From contig JANJGN010000041.1 in NCBI GenBank assembly GCA_026770705.1, forward strand, positions 4,712,001 through 4,776,000: 64,000 nt of DNA, read 5' to 3'. Numbering within the stretch: the first letter of the stretch is position 1; the number at the start of each line of letters is the position of its first letter. This document shows, in pieces, positions 27,451 through 38,700 of this stretch. The position numbers were made by a program, and so were the translations under genes. The notes under the pieces are model-generated. The model did no database searches. It was not told the origin of the DNA and saw only the letters and a list, made by a program, of their open reading frames with translations. Source of the stretch: Isurus oxyrinchus. Its lineage: Eukaryota.

Positions 27451-30311
27451 AAAATTTGTTGTTTGGATTGTGCGCTGCAGAAGAAGTGCTCACGGTTTTG
27501 GTTAGCAAATCGGATTTCATTTCTGCATGATGATCGACCTAAAGATCACCTCCTCATCAATTGGGACAGAAGGCAGTTTTGCAAATGTACATCATGAATA
27601 ATGTTTCTGGAAAGATCCCCTGTGGGCAACGTCCCCTTAATTCATCATGCTGCCTGCTTCCACTTTGTAGACGTCGCAACGTTTACCCAAAATAACGCTT
27701 CCCATTGTTTATTCAGGGCAATTATATAAAAAAAAAACATGCTTTAGAATCGACAAGTGCAAAAGTTACCCCACACTTTGCGGTAACCAACAAGGTCAAC
27801 ATAATTCACATCCCGATCACGATTGAACATCCGGGGCTCACTGATGTCAATAGGTTCCAGGCAGGATCACAGCTCCATCTCGCCTGTACCCGAAGATGTG
27901 GGAGCCTTAAGTAAGATTAGGATGGCCAGAGTGCCACTGCAATGTACGCAATGTGTTTCAGTAAGCTCCAAACAGGCAAAATCACCAAAGAAAAACATTT
28001 GAATGCAAGGTAATTTTCATTTCGCACTCCACCCTTCTTTCAATTCATTCCTAAATTGGTACATTACTTATGGCATGTGAACACTTCCTTGCAGCACTTA
28101 AAATTCGATTGGAAGGAAATAACAACTTGTGTGCAGTCACCAGAAAAAGGCTAAGGTATACACACAGTTTCTCCAAGAATCCCGTGATTCAGTCAGCATC
28201 GCATCAAGTCTTTGTCACCTGGTAACTCGACTTCAACTAAAGTTCCGGCTGCCAAATGAGCCTGGATTTTGAAAGCCGCTCACTGAACTCTGCAGAACAC
28301 GCTGTGTTTAAAGGTGAGATATGCTTTTTCAGCTTGGTATGCAGCCCGAGTTATGCATGGCTTCTTCGTCCTAACTAAGAGTTCCTGTCCCAGGTGTGAC
28401 GTGCAAATGTCCAAAATGCTCACTGGGCGAGAAAACCGTCAGTTTTCACAGAAACCCAAATTGTTGGAATAACACAGCGGGCCTGAAAGCATCTGTCGAA
28501 AGAAAGACACGGTTTACTTCAGGAGTCCGTGTGGCACTTCTTAAAAACGGTAATTTGTCAACTGTGTTTGGACGTGTTTGCATGTGTTGCCATAGGAAAG
28601 CGATCCCAACTCATTTCTGCACTGCTCCTTAAGCAGTTAACATTCAGTTTGAAATGAAAACAGCCGTGTGGATACCTATATATAAAAACAAAAATGTGCG
28701 GATGCTAGAAATACAAAACAAAAACAGAATTACCTGGTAAAACACAGCAGGTCTGGCAACATCGGCGGAGAGGAAAAGAGTTGAGCTCCAAACTGGCAAA
28801 CTTAGTAAAGAAAGAACATTTGAAGCCACGCAAATTTCCATTACTTGCAATAAATTGGAAAAATAATATCTTCTTTCAAGAGGTACAAATTCAATCGCCC
28901 TCCACCCTTCTTTCACGTCATTTCTGAATTTGTACGCTACTTATTGTATGTGAACATTTCCCTTCAGTGCTTAAAAAATCAAGCCGCAAAGGAGAGTAGA
29001 ATGGCATGCATTCACCGCAAAAGGCCAAGGTAATCATGCATAAAAACAACGTTTCCACAAGATTCTCCTGGTTATGTCAGCAACGCATCAAAACTTTGCC
29101 GCCTGATATCTCACTCTCCATCAACTTATTTTCTGAGTTCCAAAATGTGCCTGGATCTCGAACAATGCTTTTTCACCTCTTCAGAAAACGGGGTGGTGAA
29201 AGGTGAGATAAACTCTTCGATTTCAGGTTTGCATGCAGCCCGAGTTATGCATGGTTTTTACCTCCCAGATAAGAGCATCAGTCCCAAGTTTGATGCGCAG
29301 GTGTTAAAAATGTTCGCTGGGTGAGAGAACAGGTCATCTTTTTATGGAAAAACAAATTATTGGAAAAACGCAGCAGTCCTGATAGCACCTGTGGAAAGAA
29401 AGACAGTGTTTACTTTACGAGTCCGTGTGGAACTTATTAAAAACGATCATTTGTATTTTGTTTTTGGACGTGTTGGCATATGTTGCTGTACGCAGGCTGT
29501 CCTCACTGCATTTCTGCACTCCTCTTTAGGCAGTTAACATCCAGTCTGAAATGAAAACAACCTTCTGGTTATCCTATGCAGTAGTCTCGTAATCGACTGC
29601 ATCAAAACAGGCTTTCCCCATGTCGCCTCTGACATTCCCCGGACGTCTTCCCCCTCTGCTGGTCCTCACTTCTGCAACTACAAGTTTCAAGAAATTATTG
29701 TTTTTGAACCCTTCGATTGAGCACCTTCTTTTCTTTCTGCGCTGAAAGCTGACCATGAGAATTCAGGCTTTTTGTTTCCATTTTGCCTAAAGCCATTTTT
29801 CTGCACTGATCCTGCTGCAGCACTGACCGTTTATCTCTGAAGATGGACCAAGAAAGACTTAAAATGCAGAGAGCGACATCCGGTGATTGGGAAACGTTGC
29901 TTCCGACAACGTTGCTAACGTTTCTGAGAGGAAATTAATAAAGAAACTTCTTGCTCTACCAGTTACATGCGAAGTTTTGAATCCGACACACTGACATGTT
30001 TGTGCGGATTATGGAAATACACAGGGGATTGTAACAGCAGGGCATAGGCGTCTGAAGCAGATGGCCGACGTGGATTCCTTTGCGAATGACAAAATGAGAG
30101 AAACAGCCGAAAAAAAGGATTTTTGCTTCTGTCCAACGGGCAAAACTGATGGCATGTAGCGATTTTCAAGAAAGAAGACGTATCCTGCTTAAACCGATGC
30201 AAGGTAAATGTTTGCATTGTGCAGGCAAACTGAGTAACTATTGCTTCTAAATGAAAAACCCAGGGCCATTTGGAAAAACACGGGGTCCTTTGGCAAGCCG
30301 ACGTATGCCTC

Positions 30312-30383
30312 TCCTCATTAGTGTCGTGGTGAGTATCCCCGCCTGTCACGCGGGAGACCCGGCTGCAATTCTCTGACGGGGAG
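30312..30383 (+). tRNA. tRNA-Asp(GTC), best-preserved copy, probably a pseudogene
   Basis: TCCTCATTAGTGTCGTGGTGAGTATCCCCGCCTGTCACGCGGGAGACCCGGCTGCAATTCTCTGACGGGGAG, 72 nt, about 9 mismatches to the vertebrate tRNA-Asp consensus. The anticodon arm is intact. The T-loop/B box is damaged (GTTCGA>CTGCAA). Confidence 0.88.
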
Positions 30384-32207
30384 ACAAATCCTTGGTCGTA
30401 TAATGCGAGGGAGAACAAGTGCTCAGTCCTTTGTTTCGCAAACAGGTTTTCATTCCGACAAGGTGATCGACTGAAAGCGCATCCGGCCAGCAAATCGTAC
30501 AGAAGGCAGATTTGCAGATATATACCAAATATTCTGTACAGTTTATCAACATCACCTGTGATCAACGGCCCTTTCCGCCATCATTCGGTCTCCTTCCACT
30601 TTATAAACATCGAAACGTTTATCCAAAATAACACACATACATGTGTATGCAGTGCACTTAGTAAATAAAAACAGACTTTAGGGACAACAATGGCACAAGG
30701 ATCAAAATACTTTGCATAATCGCTGAGGACGACGAACTTCACAGCCTGCCCGCAGTTGAGCATCCAGGGCTATCCTGACGATGACGCCTTCCACGCCGCC
30801 TGTACCCGATGCTGCTAAATCCTGAAGTAGGCATGTGATGGCCAGGGTGATAACCGAAATGTACAGAATGCATTTCATTAAGTTCCACCTTGCTAACTTA
30901 GTAATGAAAGAACATTTGAAGCCAATCAAATTTCAATTTCTGCCATAAATTGGAAAAATAATATCTTCTTTGTGGAGCTATAAATTGAATCGCACTCCAC
31001 CCTTCTTTCACGTAATTCCTGAATTTGTACATTGCTTATTGTACGTGAACACTTCGCTTCAGCAGGAGTAAAATCAGCTGAAAAAAAGAGCAACATTGCA
31101 CCCTTCTGCCTCAAAAGGAGAAGGTAATCCGGCATAAAAACAAGGTTCCACCAAGAATTCCCTGGTTCTGTCAACAACGCACCGAATCGTGGCCTGATAA
31201 ATCGCTCTACTTTAGCTCAAGTTCTGAGTTCCAAAATGTGCCTCGATTTTTAACGCCACTCTAAAACCTCTTCGGAACAGGCTATGCTTAAAGGCGAGAT
31301 AAGTTATTTGTTTTCAGCTTTGCCAGCAGCCCGAGTCATGCATGGCTTGTTCCTCCCAATGAAGAGGTTCTGCCCCAAGTGTGATGCGCACATGTCAAAT
31401 ATGTTCACTGGGCGAGAAAATCAGTCAATTTTTATAGAAACCAAAATTGCTGGAAAAACCCAGCGGGCCTGAATGTACCTGTGGAAAAAATGACAATGTT
31501 TATTTACGAATCCGTGTGCCACATCTTATAAACGATCATATGTAAAGTTTGTTTGGACATGTTTGCATATGTTGCTCTACGCAGGCTATCCTGACCGCTT
31601 TTCACCAGTCCACTTTAGGCATTTAACATCCAATCTGAAATGAAAACAGCCTTGTGGATATCCCATCCAGTTTTCCCTTAAACGACTGCATCAAAGCACG
31701 CTTTTCCCATGTAGCCTCTGCTCCCCTGACATCATCCACCCTCTGCTGGTCCTCACTTCTGCAACTAAAAGGTTTCAAGATATTGTTGATTTTTAACCAT
31801 TCGCTCGAGCGCCTTGATTTCTTTCTGTGCTGAAAGCTGACCAGGAGAATTTAGCATTTTGTTATCCATTTTGCATGGTGCCACTTTCGTACATGAATCC
31901 CGCTGCTGCACTAATCCTTTATCTCTGCAGAGGGACCAAGAAGGACTTAAAATCCAGAGAGGCACAGCGCAAAGTTTGCTTATGCAGCTGACTGTAAACA
32001 AATAAAGTATTGTCTTCCTATATCGGTTGCATGTCATATTTTATATCTGAAACGTTGATATGTTTTGGGTGGATTATAGAATTGGAGTGGGGAGTGTGGC
32101 TGCAGGAGAGAGGCGTCTGAAGAAGATGGCCAAATTAAATTCCTTGCGAATTCTTTGCAAGATTTTGCGAGTGAGGAAATAAGGGAAAAAGCAGAGGCAG
32201 AAGCAAC

Positions 32208-32279
32208 TTTCCTTCTGGATAGTGGTGAGTATCCCCACCTGTCAAGCGGGACATGGGTGTTCAATTCATCAACGTGGAG
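32208..32279 (+). pseudogene. tRNA-Asp(GTC) pseudogene
   Basis: ATAGTGGTGAGTATCCCCACCTGTCAAGCGGGACATGGGTGTTCAATTC; anticodon GTC retained; acceptor stem broken. Confidence 0.8.
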
Positions 32280-32354
32280 ATAAAACCTTGGTCGCACAGT
32301 GCGAGGTGGAATGTATGCTCACGCTTTTGATTCACAAGCAGGTTCTCATTTCCA

Positions 32355-34330
32355 AAACAAAAATAGAATTACCTGGAAAAAGTCAGCAGGTCAGGCAGCA
32401 TCGGCGGAGAAGAAAAGATTTGACGTTTCGACTCCTCATGACCCTTCAACAGAACTGGGTGAATCCAAGGAGAGGAGTGAAATATCAGCTCGTTTAAGGT
32501 GGGGGCTGGGTTGGTGGGGGAGGAGAAGTGCAGGTGGGTGGTGTGGTTGTAGGGACAAGCAAGCTGTGATAGGAGCAGTTAATCAAAAGATGTCACAGAC
32601 AAAAGAACAAAAGAACACAGAGGTGTTGAAATTCGTGATATTATCTACATGAATGTGCTAATTAAGAATGGATGGTAGGTCATTCAAGGTACAGCTCTAC
32701 AGGGGGTGGGGGCATAACAGATTTTAATATAATGGAAATAGGTGGGAAAAGAAAAATCTATATAAATTGTTGGAAAAAAAATCAAAATTAAGGGGGAATA
32801 AACAGAAAGGGGGTGGGGATGGAAAAGGGCGTTCAAGATCTAAAGTTGTTGAATTCAATATTCAGTGCAGAAGGCTGTAAAGTGCCTAGTCAGAAGATGA
32901 GTTGCTGTTCCTCCATTTCGCGTTGGACTTCACTGGATCAATGCAACAAGCCAAAGACAGACATGTGGGCAAGGGAAGAGGGTGGAGTGTTAAAATGGCA
33001 AGCGACAGGGAGGTTTGGGTCATTCTTGCAGACAGAAGGCAGGTGCGCTGTAAAGCAGTCGCCCAGTTTATGTTTGGTCTCTCCAATCTAGAGGAGACGG
33101 CACTGGGACCACAGTCCTTGACAGGGGCCTCAAATGTGTCCAGCCCATCTCCTGTGCTTCAGGGCTCACGGTTTGTCCTCCATCCCAGAAACATGATAGG
33201 GTCTCCCTTGTCCTCACTTATCACTCCACCAGCCTCCGCATTCAAAGGATCTTCCTCTGCCATTTCTGCCAACTCCAGCATGATGCCACCACCAACACAG
33301 CTTCCATTCACCCTCCATGGTGGCATTCCGTACGGACGTTCCCTCTGGGACACCCCGGTCCACTCCACCATCACCCCCTACTCCCCAACCCCCACATATG
33401 GCATCTCCACATGCTCACACAAAAGATGCAACACATGCCCTTCATTTCATCTCTCCTCACCGTCCAAGGGCCCAAACATTCCTTTCACTTGAGGTAGCAT
33501 TTCACTTGCATTTCCTCCAACTTAGTCTACTGCATTCGTTACTTCTAGTGTGGTCTCCTCTATATTGGAGAGACCAAACGTAAACTGGGCGACCGCTTTC
33601 CAGAACACCTGCGGTCTGTTCGCAAAAATGACACAAACATCCCTGTCGCCTGCCATTTTAATTCTCCATCCTCCTCTCTTGCTCACATGTCTGTCCTTGG
33701 CTTGCTGCATTTTTTCCAGTAAGCCCAACGCAACCTGGAGGTACAGCAAATGATTTTTCGACTGGGCACTTTACAGCTTTGCAGCCTGAATATTGAATTT
33801 AACAACTTTACATCTTGATTCCCTCTTCCATCCCCACCCTTTTTTTGTTTCTTCCACCTTCATTTTGTTTAGTTTTTTTTCCAGTACTTTATACAGAGGT
33901 TTCTATTCTCACCTATTTCGATTATTTTTAAATCTTTTATGCCCCCCACCCCCACAAAAGCTGTACCTTGAGTGCTCTACCATCCATTCTTAATTAACAC
34001 ATTCATTTAGATAATATCACCAACTTCCACACCTCTGTTTTTTTTGTACTTTTGTCTGTGACACCTTTTGATTATCTGCTCCTATCACTTCTTGCTTGTC
34101 CCTACAACCACACACCCTCCACACTCTACTTCTCTCCCCCTACCCAAACCACCCCCACCCATCTCAAACCAGTTTATATTTCACCCCTCTCCTCGGATTC
34201 ACCCAGTTCTGTTGAAGGGTCATGAGTACTTGAAACGTCAACTCGCCGATGCTGCCAGACGTGCTGAGTTTTTCCAGGTAATAGTATTTCTGTTTAGGAT
34301 TCCAGCATCCACAGTTTTGTTTTTCTTTTT
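32355..34330. mobile_element. Penelope-like element with inverted partial copy (minus arm ~32355-33098, plus arm ~33100-34330)
   Basis: Both arms carry GIY-YIG C-terminal sequence (plus arm: LYIGETKRKLGDRFPEHL near 33560-33610), the 3' UTR and the hammerhead-like motif, with 3' ends pointing outward. Diverged TSD AGGTTCTCATTTCCA (32340-32354) / AGGCTTTCATTTCCA (34331-34345). Confidence 0.9.
34205..34243 (+). ncRNA. Decayed minimal hammerhead ribozyme motif in PLE 3' region
   Basis: AGTT-CTGTTGA-A-GGGTCATGAGTACTT-GAAACGTC-AACT; stem II mismatched. An antisense counterpart lies at ~32418-32456. Confidence 0.6.
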
Positions 34331-35049
34331 AGGCTTTCATTTCCATCAGTTGATCGACTGAAAGGGCATCTAAACAGCAAATCGGACAGAAGGCAAATTT
34401 GCAAGACATAGAATGAGCAAATTTTCTGGACAGATAAGTTGATCAAAATCACTTGTGTTCAACCGTCCTTTCCACCATCATTCTCTCTCCTTCCATCTTG
34501 TAAGCGTCAAAACGTTTACTCAAAATATTGCATCACCTTATATATCCGGGGCACTTTAGTAAAGAATAACAGACTTTAGAGACAAGGACGGCACAAGATT
34601 TAAAATATTTTGCAGTAATCGCTGAGGATTTACGAACTTCACATCCCGGCCACGGTGAAGCATTCAGGGAAAACTGGCGACGATAACTTCGAGGCAGGAA
34701 CACAGATCAACGTCGCCTGGACCTGAGGCTGCTAAATCCTGAATTAGTCTTGCGATGGTCAGAGTGCCAACAGAAACGTACACAATGTGTTTTGGTGAGC
34801 TCCAAACTGGCAAACTCAGTGTAGAAAGTACATTTGAAGACATGCAGATTTTCATGAAAATATAATATCCTCTTTCAACAGATCCTCATTCAATGGCACT
34901 CCACCGTTCTTTCACGTCATTCCTGAATTGTTCATCAGAAATTGTATGTGAACTCATCCCATGAGCACATAAAATTTAAAGCCAAATGAAGACTATGGAG
35001 AAAAAGTGTAAAATAAGGGGACAAAACCTAAGGAAGGTGTCGGAAATTA

Positions 35050-35720
35050 AGGACATTTTCATGCGTGCATATCAGGTATTGAAGACAGCAGGGAATGGAA
35101 AGACATTTTTGTTGTATTAACATGAGGACTGAACACAAGAGTGAGAATAGCACATTGAACATTTATAAGGCACAAGTCAGGTGTCACCTGGAGCGCCACA
35201 ACCAGTTCTTGGCGCCATCCTTGAGCAAGTGTTTGGTGACATTGGAGAGAGTAGAGCGGAGATTCACAAGATGATTGCAGATAAATCACTAAAGCTTTCT
35301 GGGTAGATGGGGGAATTCTGTCTGTTTAACATGAAGAACAGAAGGTTGAGAGTAGGATTGAGAAAGAAATTCAAGATCCTGAGTTGTAAAGACAGGAAAA
35401 TAGTGAGGATGGTTTCCGACTCAAGCGAGCATCAAAGACGATGGGGCATAGAATCAAGGTTTGCAAAATGAATAAAAGTGGTTTGAGGTTTTTCTTTCAC
35501 TCAGCGGGTGGGTGGAGCATGGGACAGCATCACTGAGGGGATGGTGGAGGGAGATTGGAGAAAGGTGTTCAGGAGATAATTGTAATCCTTCCTGAAAAGA
35601 AACATTGTGTAACCTTACGTGGTTAACACAGGGGAGTGGGACAAGATTAAATGTTCTTTCATATAGTTAGTGCATACACGACGTGGCAAATGACCTCTTT
35701 GTGCATCGTAAAGATTCAGG
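35050..35720 (+). mobile_element. CR1 LINE 3' fragment
   Basis: ATTTATAAGGCACAAGTCAGGTGTCACCTGGAG...TTCTTGGCGCCA (LYKxLVRPHLE..QFWSP-like) and TTGGAGAGAGTAGAGCGGAGATTCACAAGATG (LERVQRRFTR-like). Confidence 0.65.
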
Positions 35721-38700
35721 GACTATCTGACTGTGTTACACAGCTGAGGGCTGTCACTGGGGTATTAGAGTGGGTGAATGTCACTATGGTTAAACAGCTG
35801 GGGACTGTCATTTAGGCAACAAATTGTGCTGCAGAGTCTCGCACTATTTTAATGGAATGATGGGCAGGCACTATGCTTACAGAGCCACGGACTGTCACTA
35901 CAGTGAACGAATGTGGGGATCATGACCATGGTTACTGTGCTGGAGGGACACTGCCAGAGAAACATAATTGGTCAAAATGTCACTCAGGTTAAAGAGCTGG
36001 GACGCAGTCAGTACAGATTTTGATTGGGGAGATTATCTCTCAGGTTACAACACCAGGGGCCAGAAGGTATAGTAATTGATTCAGGAGACTGTCGCTCAAG
36101 TTACAGGACCGGGGGCCATTCATGTATTTCAACAGATTGAGGAGACTGTCGAACAGGTTGCAGAGCCTCTCGCCAGTCATTATAGCAACTAATTTCAGAA
36201 ATTGTAACTAAAGCTGCAGAGCCAGTGCAGTGATTGATTAAGGAGGCTGTTAATCAAAAAACAGAACCAGGGCCTGTCAATATAGTAATTAATTGAAGAG
36301 ACCATCACTCAGGTTACAAAGCTCGGGGCCATTCAGTATACTTATAGATTCAGGAAACTTTCAGTCTGGTTTCATATCCGAGGTCCATTCATTATAGCAA
36401 ATAATTGCAGACTCTGACAATCATGTTAAAGACCCAGAGGCCACACATGCATTCTAATTTATTGGGGAGAGTGTCACTCTGGATACAGTGTGGGTGCCCA
36501 TTTGGGAATGTAATTGATTGGGGAGATTCTCTCACAGCTTTCAAACCAATGGCCAGTGAGTATTTTCATTGATTAAGGAGACTTTCTTTCAGTTAGCAAA
36601 TCCGGGTACCTCACTGTGGGAATTTTGGGGGGGGGGGGGAAACATTCACTCAGGTTAGAGAGCACGGGGCCAGACAATATTGTGATTGTTTGTGGAGACT
36701 GTCACTCAAGTTAGAGTCAGTGGCCAGTCAGAAGTCTAATTCATTGAGGAGACTGTCACTCTGGTTACAGTGCCAGGGGCCTGTCAGTGTAATATTTGAA
36801 TAAGGAGCCTTGAACTCAGGCAAAAGACCGGGGACCAATCAATAAATGAATTGATTAGGTGGTCTATCACACTATGTAAAAAGCCGGATACCAGAAATTT
36901 AGGAATTATCTGGGGAGACGGTAAATCAGTTAACAGATCCGGTCAGACATTGACTATAGGTATCAATTACGGAGACTCTTGCTCAGGTTGCAGAGCGAAG
37001 GGTCATCTACGATCGTAGTTGATTGAGGAGATCTTCACTCAGGTTACAGAGCCGGGGGCCAGTCCATAAAAATAATTCTTTGGGGAGGCTGTGACTCAGG
37101 TTATAGGGCAGGGGCCAAGTCAATAAATTAATTGATGGGGGAGGCTGTGACTCATGGTACAGAGCCCGGACCCAGTATATGTTGTAACTGACTGTGGAGA
37201 CTGTCATACTGGTTGCATTGTCGGTGGACAGGTAACATAGTAATTTATTGAGGAGGCGGTCACTCAGGTTACAGAGTCAGGGGCCAATTAGTAGTCTAAT
37301 TGAATGGATGGTCGCACTGCAGCAAGAGAAGCAGCGGCCCTTTGGAACATCAAATGATTGGGGAGATCTGTCACTCGGGTTACAGAGCAGGGGGGGCTGT
37401 CACTCTATAAATTGATAGACGCGAATTTAGCAAAGATTACAGAGCTGAGGCATGCATTAGAGTAATTGATTTGGGAATCTGTCTCACTGGTTACAGGGCC
37501 GGAGGCCAGCCAGTATTTTAATTGATTAGGTAGTCGTTCACACAGGTTATAGAGGCAGAGGATATTCAGGATCGTAGTTGAATGGGGAGGCTGTCAGTCA
37601 CTTTAGACAACCAGGGGTCACTCAGGTTACATAGTCGGGCTCACACTCAGTACAGTAATTGATTGGGGAGACTGCCACTCAGGTTACAGAGCAGGGAGCC
37701 TTTCTTTGCAGGAATTGATTGAGGAGACTGTGACTCAAATTAAAGAGCCCGGGCCTTGTCAGAATAATAATTGAATGGCGAGTCTGTCATTCAGGTCAGA
37801 GGACCGGGGTCCAGCCACTATATTAATTGATTAGTGAGACTGTCATACAGCGTACAAAATCGTGGTCAGTCACTAGAAAAATTGATTGGGGCGGCAGTGA
37901 ATTAGTTAACAGAACCTGTGGGACACTGACTATAGGAAAACATCTGGGTGATTACCGAGTTACAGAACCAGGGGTCAGTCACGATATTAATTGTTTGAGA
38001 AGGTTTTCAATCAAGTCCCTGGGCCAGGCACCAAACAGTTTAGCAATTGATTGGGAAGCATGTGATTGAGGTTACAAATCCGGTGCAAGTCAATATATTA
38101 ATTGATTGGAGAGGCTGCACAGAGGTTTCAGAACAGGGATCCTGTCACTCCAGGAATTCATTGAGGAGACTATCAAGCAGGGTACCGAACCAGGGACAGT
38201 CACTATAGGTATTGATTGAGGAGGGTGACACACAGGTTCCGGAGCCATGGCTAGTCACTGTTTTAATTGATCGGGGAGACAATCCCTCAGATTGCAGAAC
38301 CAGGGACAGTTAGAATAGGAATTGATTCAGCATACTTTCACTGAGGTTATTGAGCTGGGGACCTGACACTATAGGAATTGATGGACGAAACTGTCACACA
38401 GGCTGCAGAGCCATGGAGAGACATTACTTTAAATGCCTGGGGAGCCTCTCACTCAGGTTCCAGAGCGAGGGGCCGTCAGTATTGTAACTGAGTGAGCAGA
38501 TTGTCTCTCTGATTACTGAGCCGGATGCCTGGAACAATAGGAAGTGATTGAAGAGACTGTCAAAAAGGTTACTGAGATGGGGCTAGTCGCGATATGAATT
38601 TATTGAGAAGACTGTCGCTCAGGATACAGGGCCAGGGGCGACTCAACTATAGCAATTGATTGGGGATGCAGTCACTCAGGTTCCACATCAGGGGCCCAGC

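Larger units (their letters stand above)
21273..28784 (+). repeat. Segmental duplication, copy 2
   Basis: Matches 1-7367. Homology ends abruptly inside the left arm of the mini-PLE (GAGTTGA|GCTCCAAAC). Confidence 0.97.
27379..34980 (+). repeat. Decayed ~1.9-kb tandem repeat, one tRNA-Asp per unit (also one unit at ~5954-7570)
   Basis: Shared blocks recur. GCAGCCCGAGTTATGCATGG: ~6924, 28341, 29236, 31327. ACAGAAGGCAG/AA: ~6141, 27566, 30499, 34386. tRNA starts 30312 and 32208 are 1896 bp apart. Confidence 0.88.

Noticed and set aside
29963-30565. 200-aa minus ORF
   Set aside because: It runs antisense across the tRNA-Asp pseudogene and spacer and is not open in the other repeat units.
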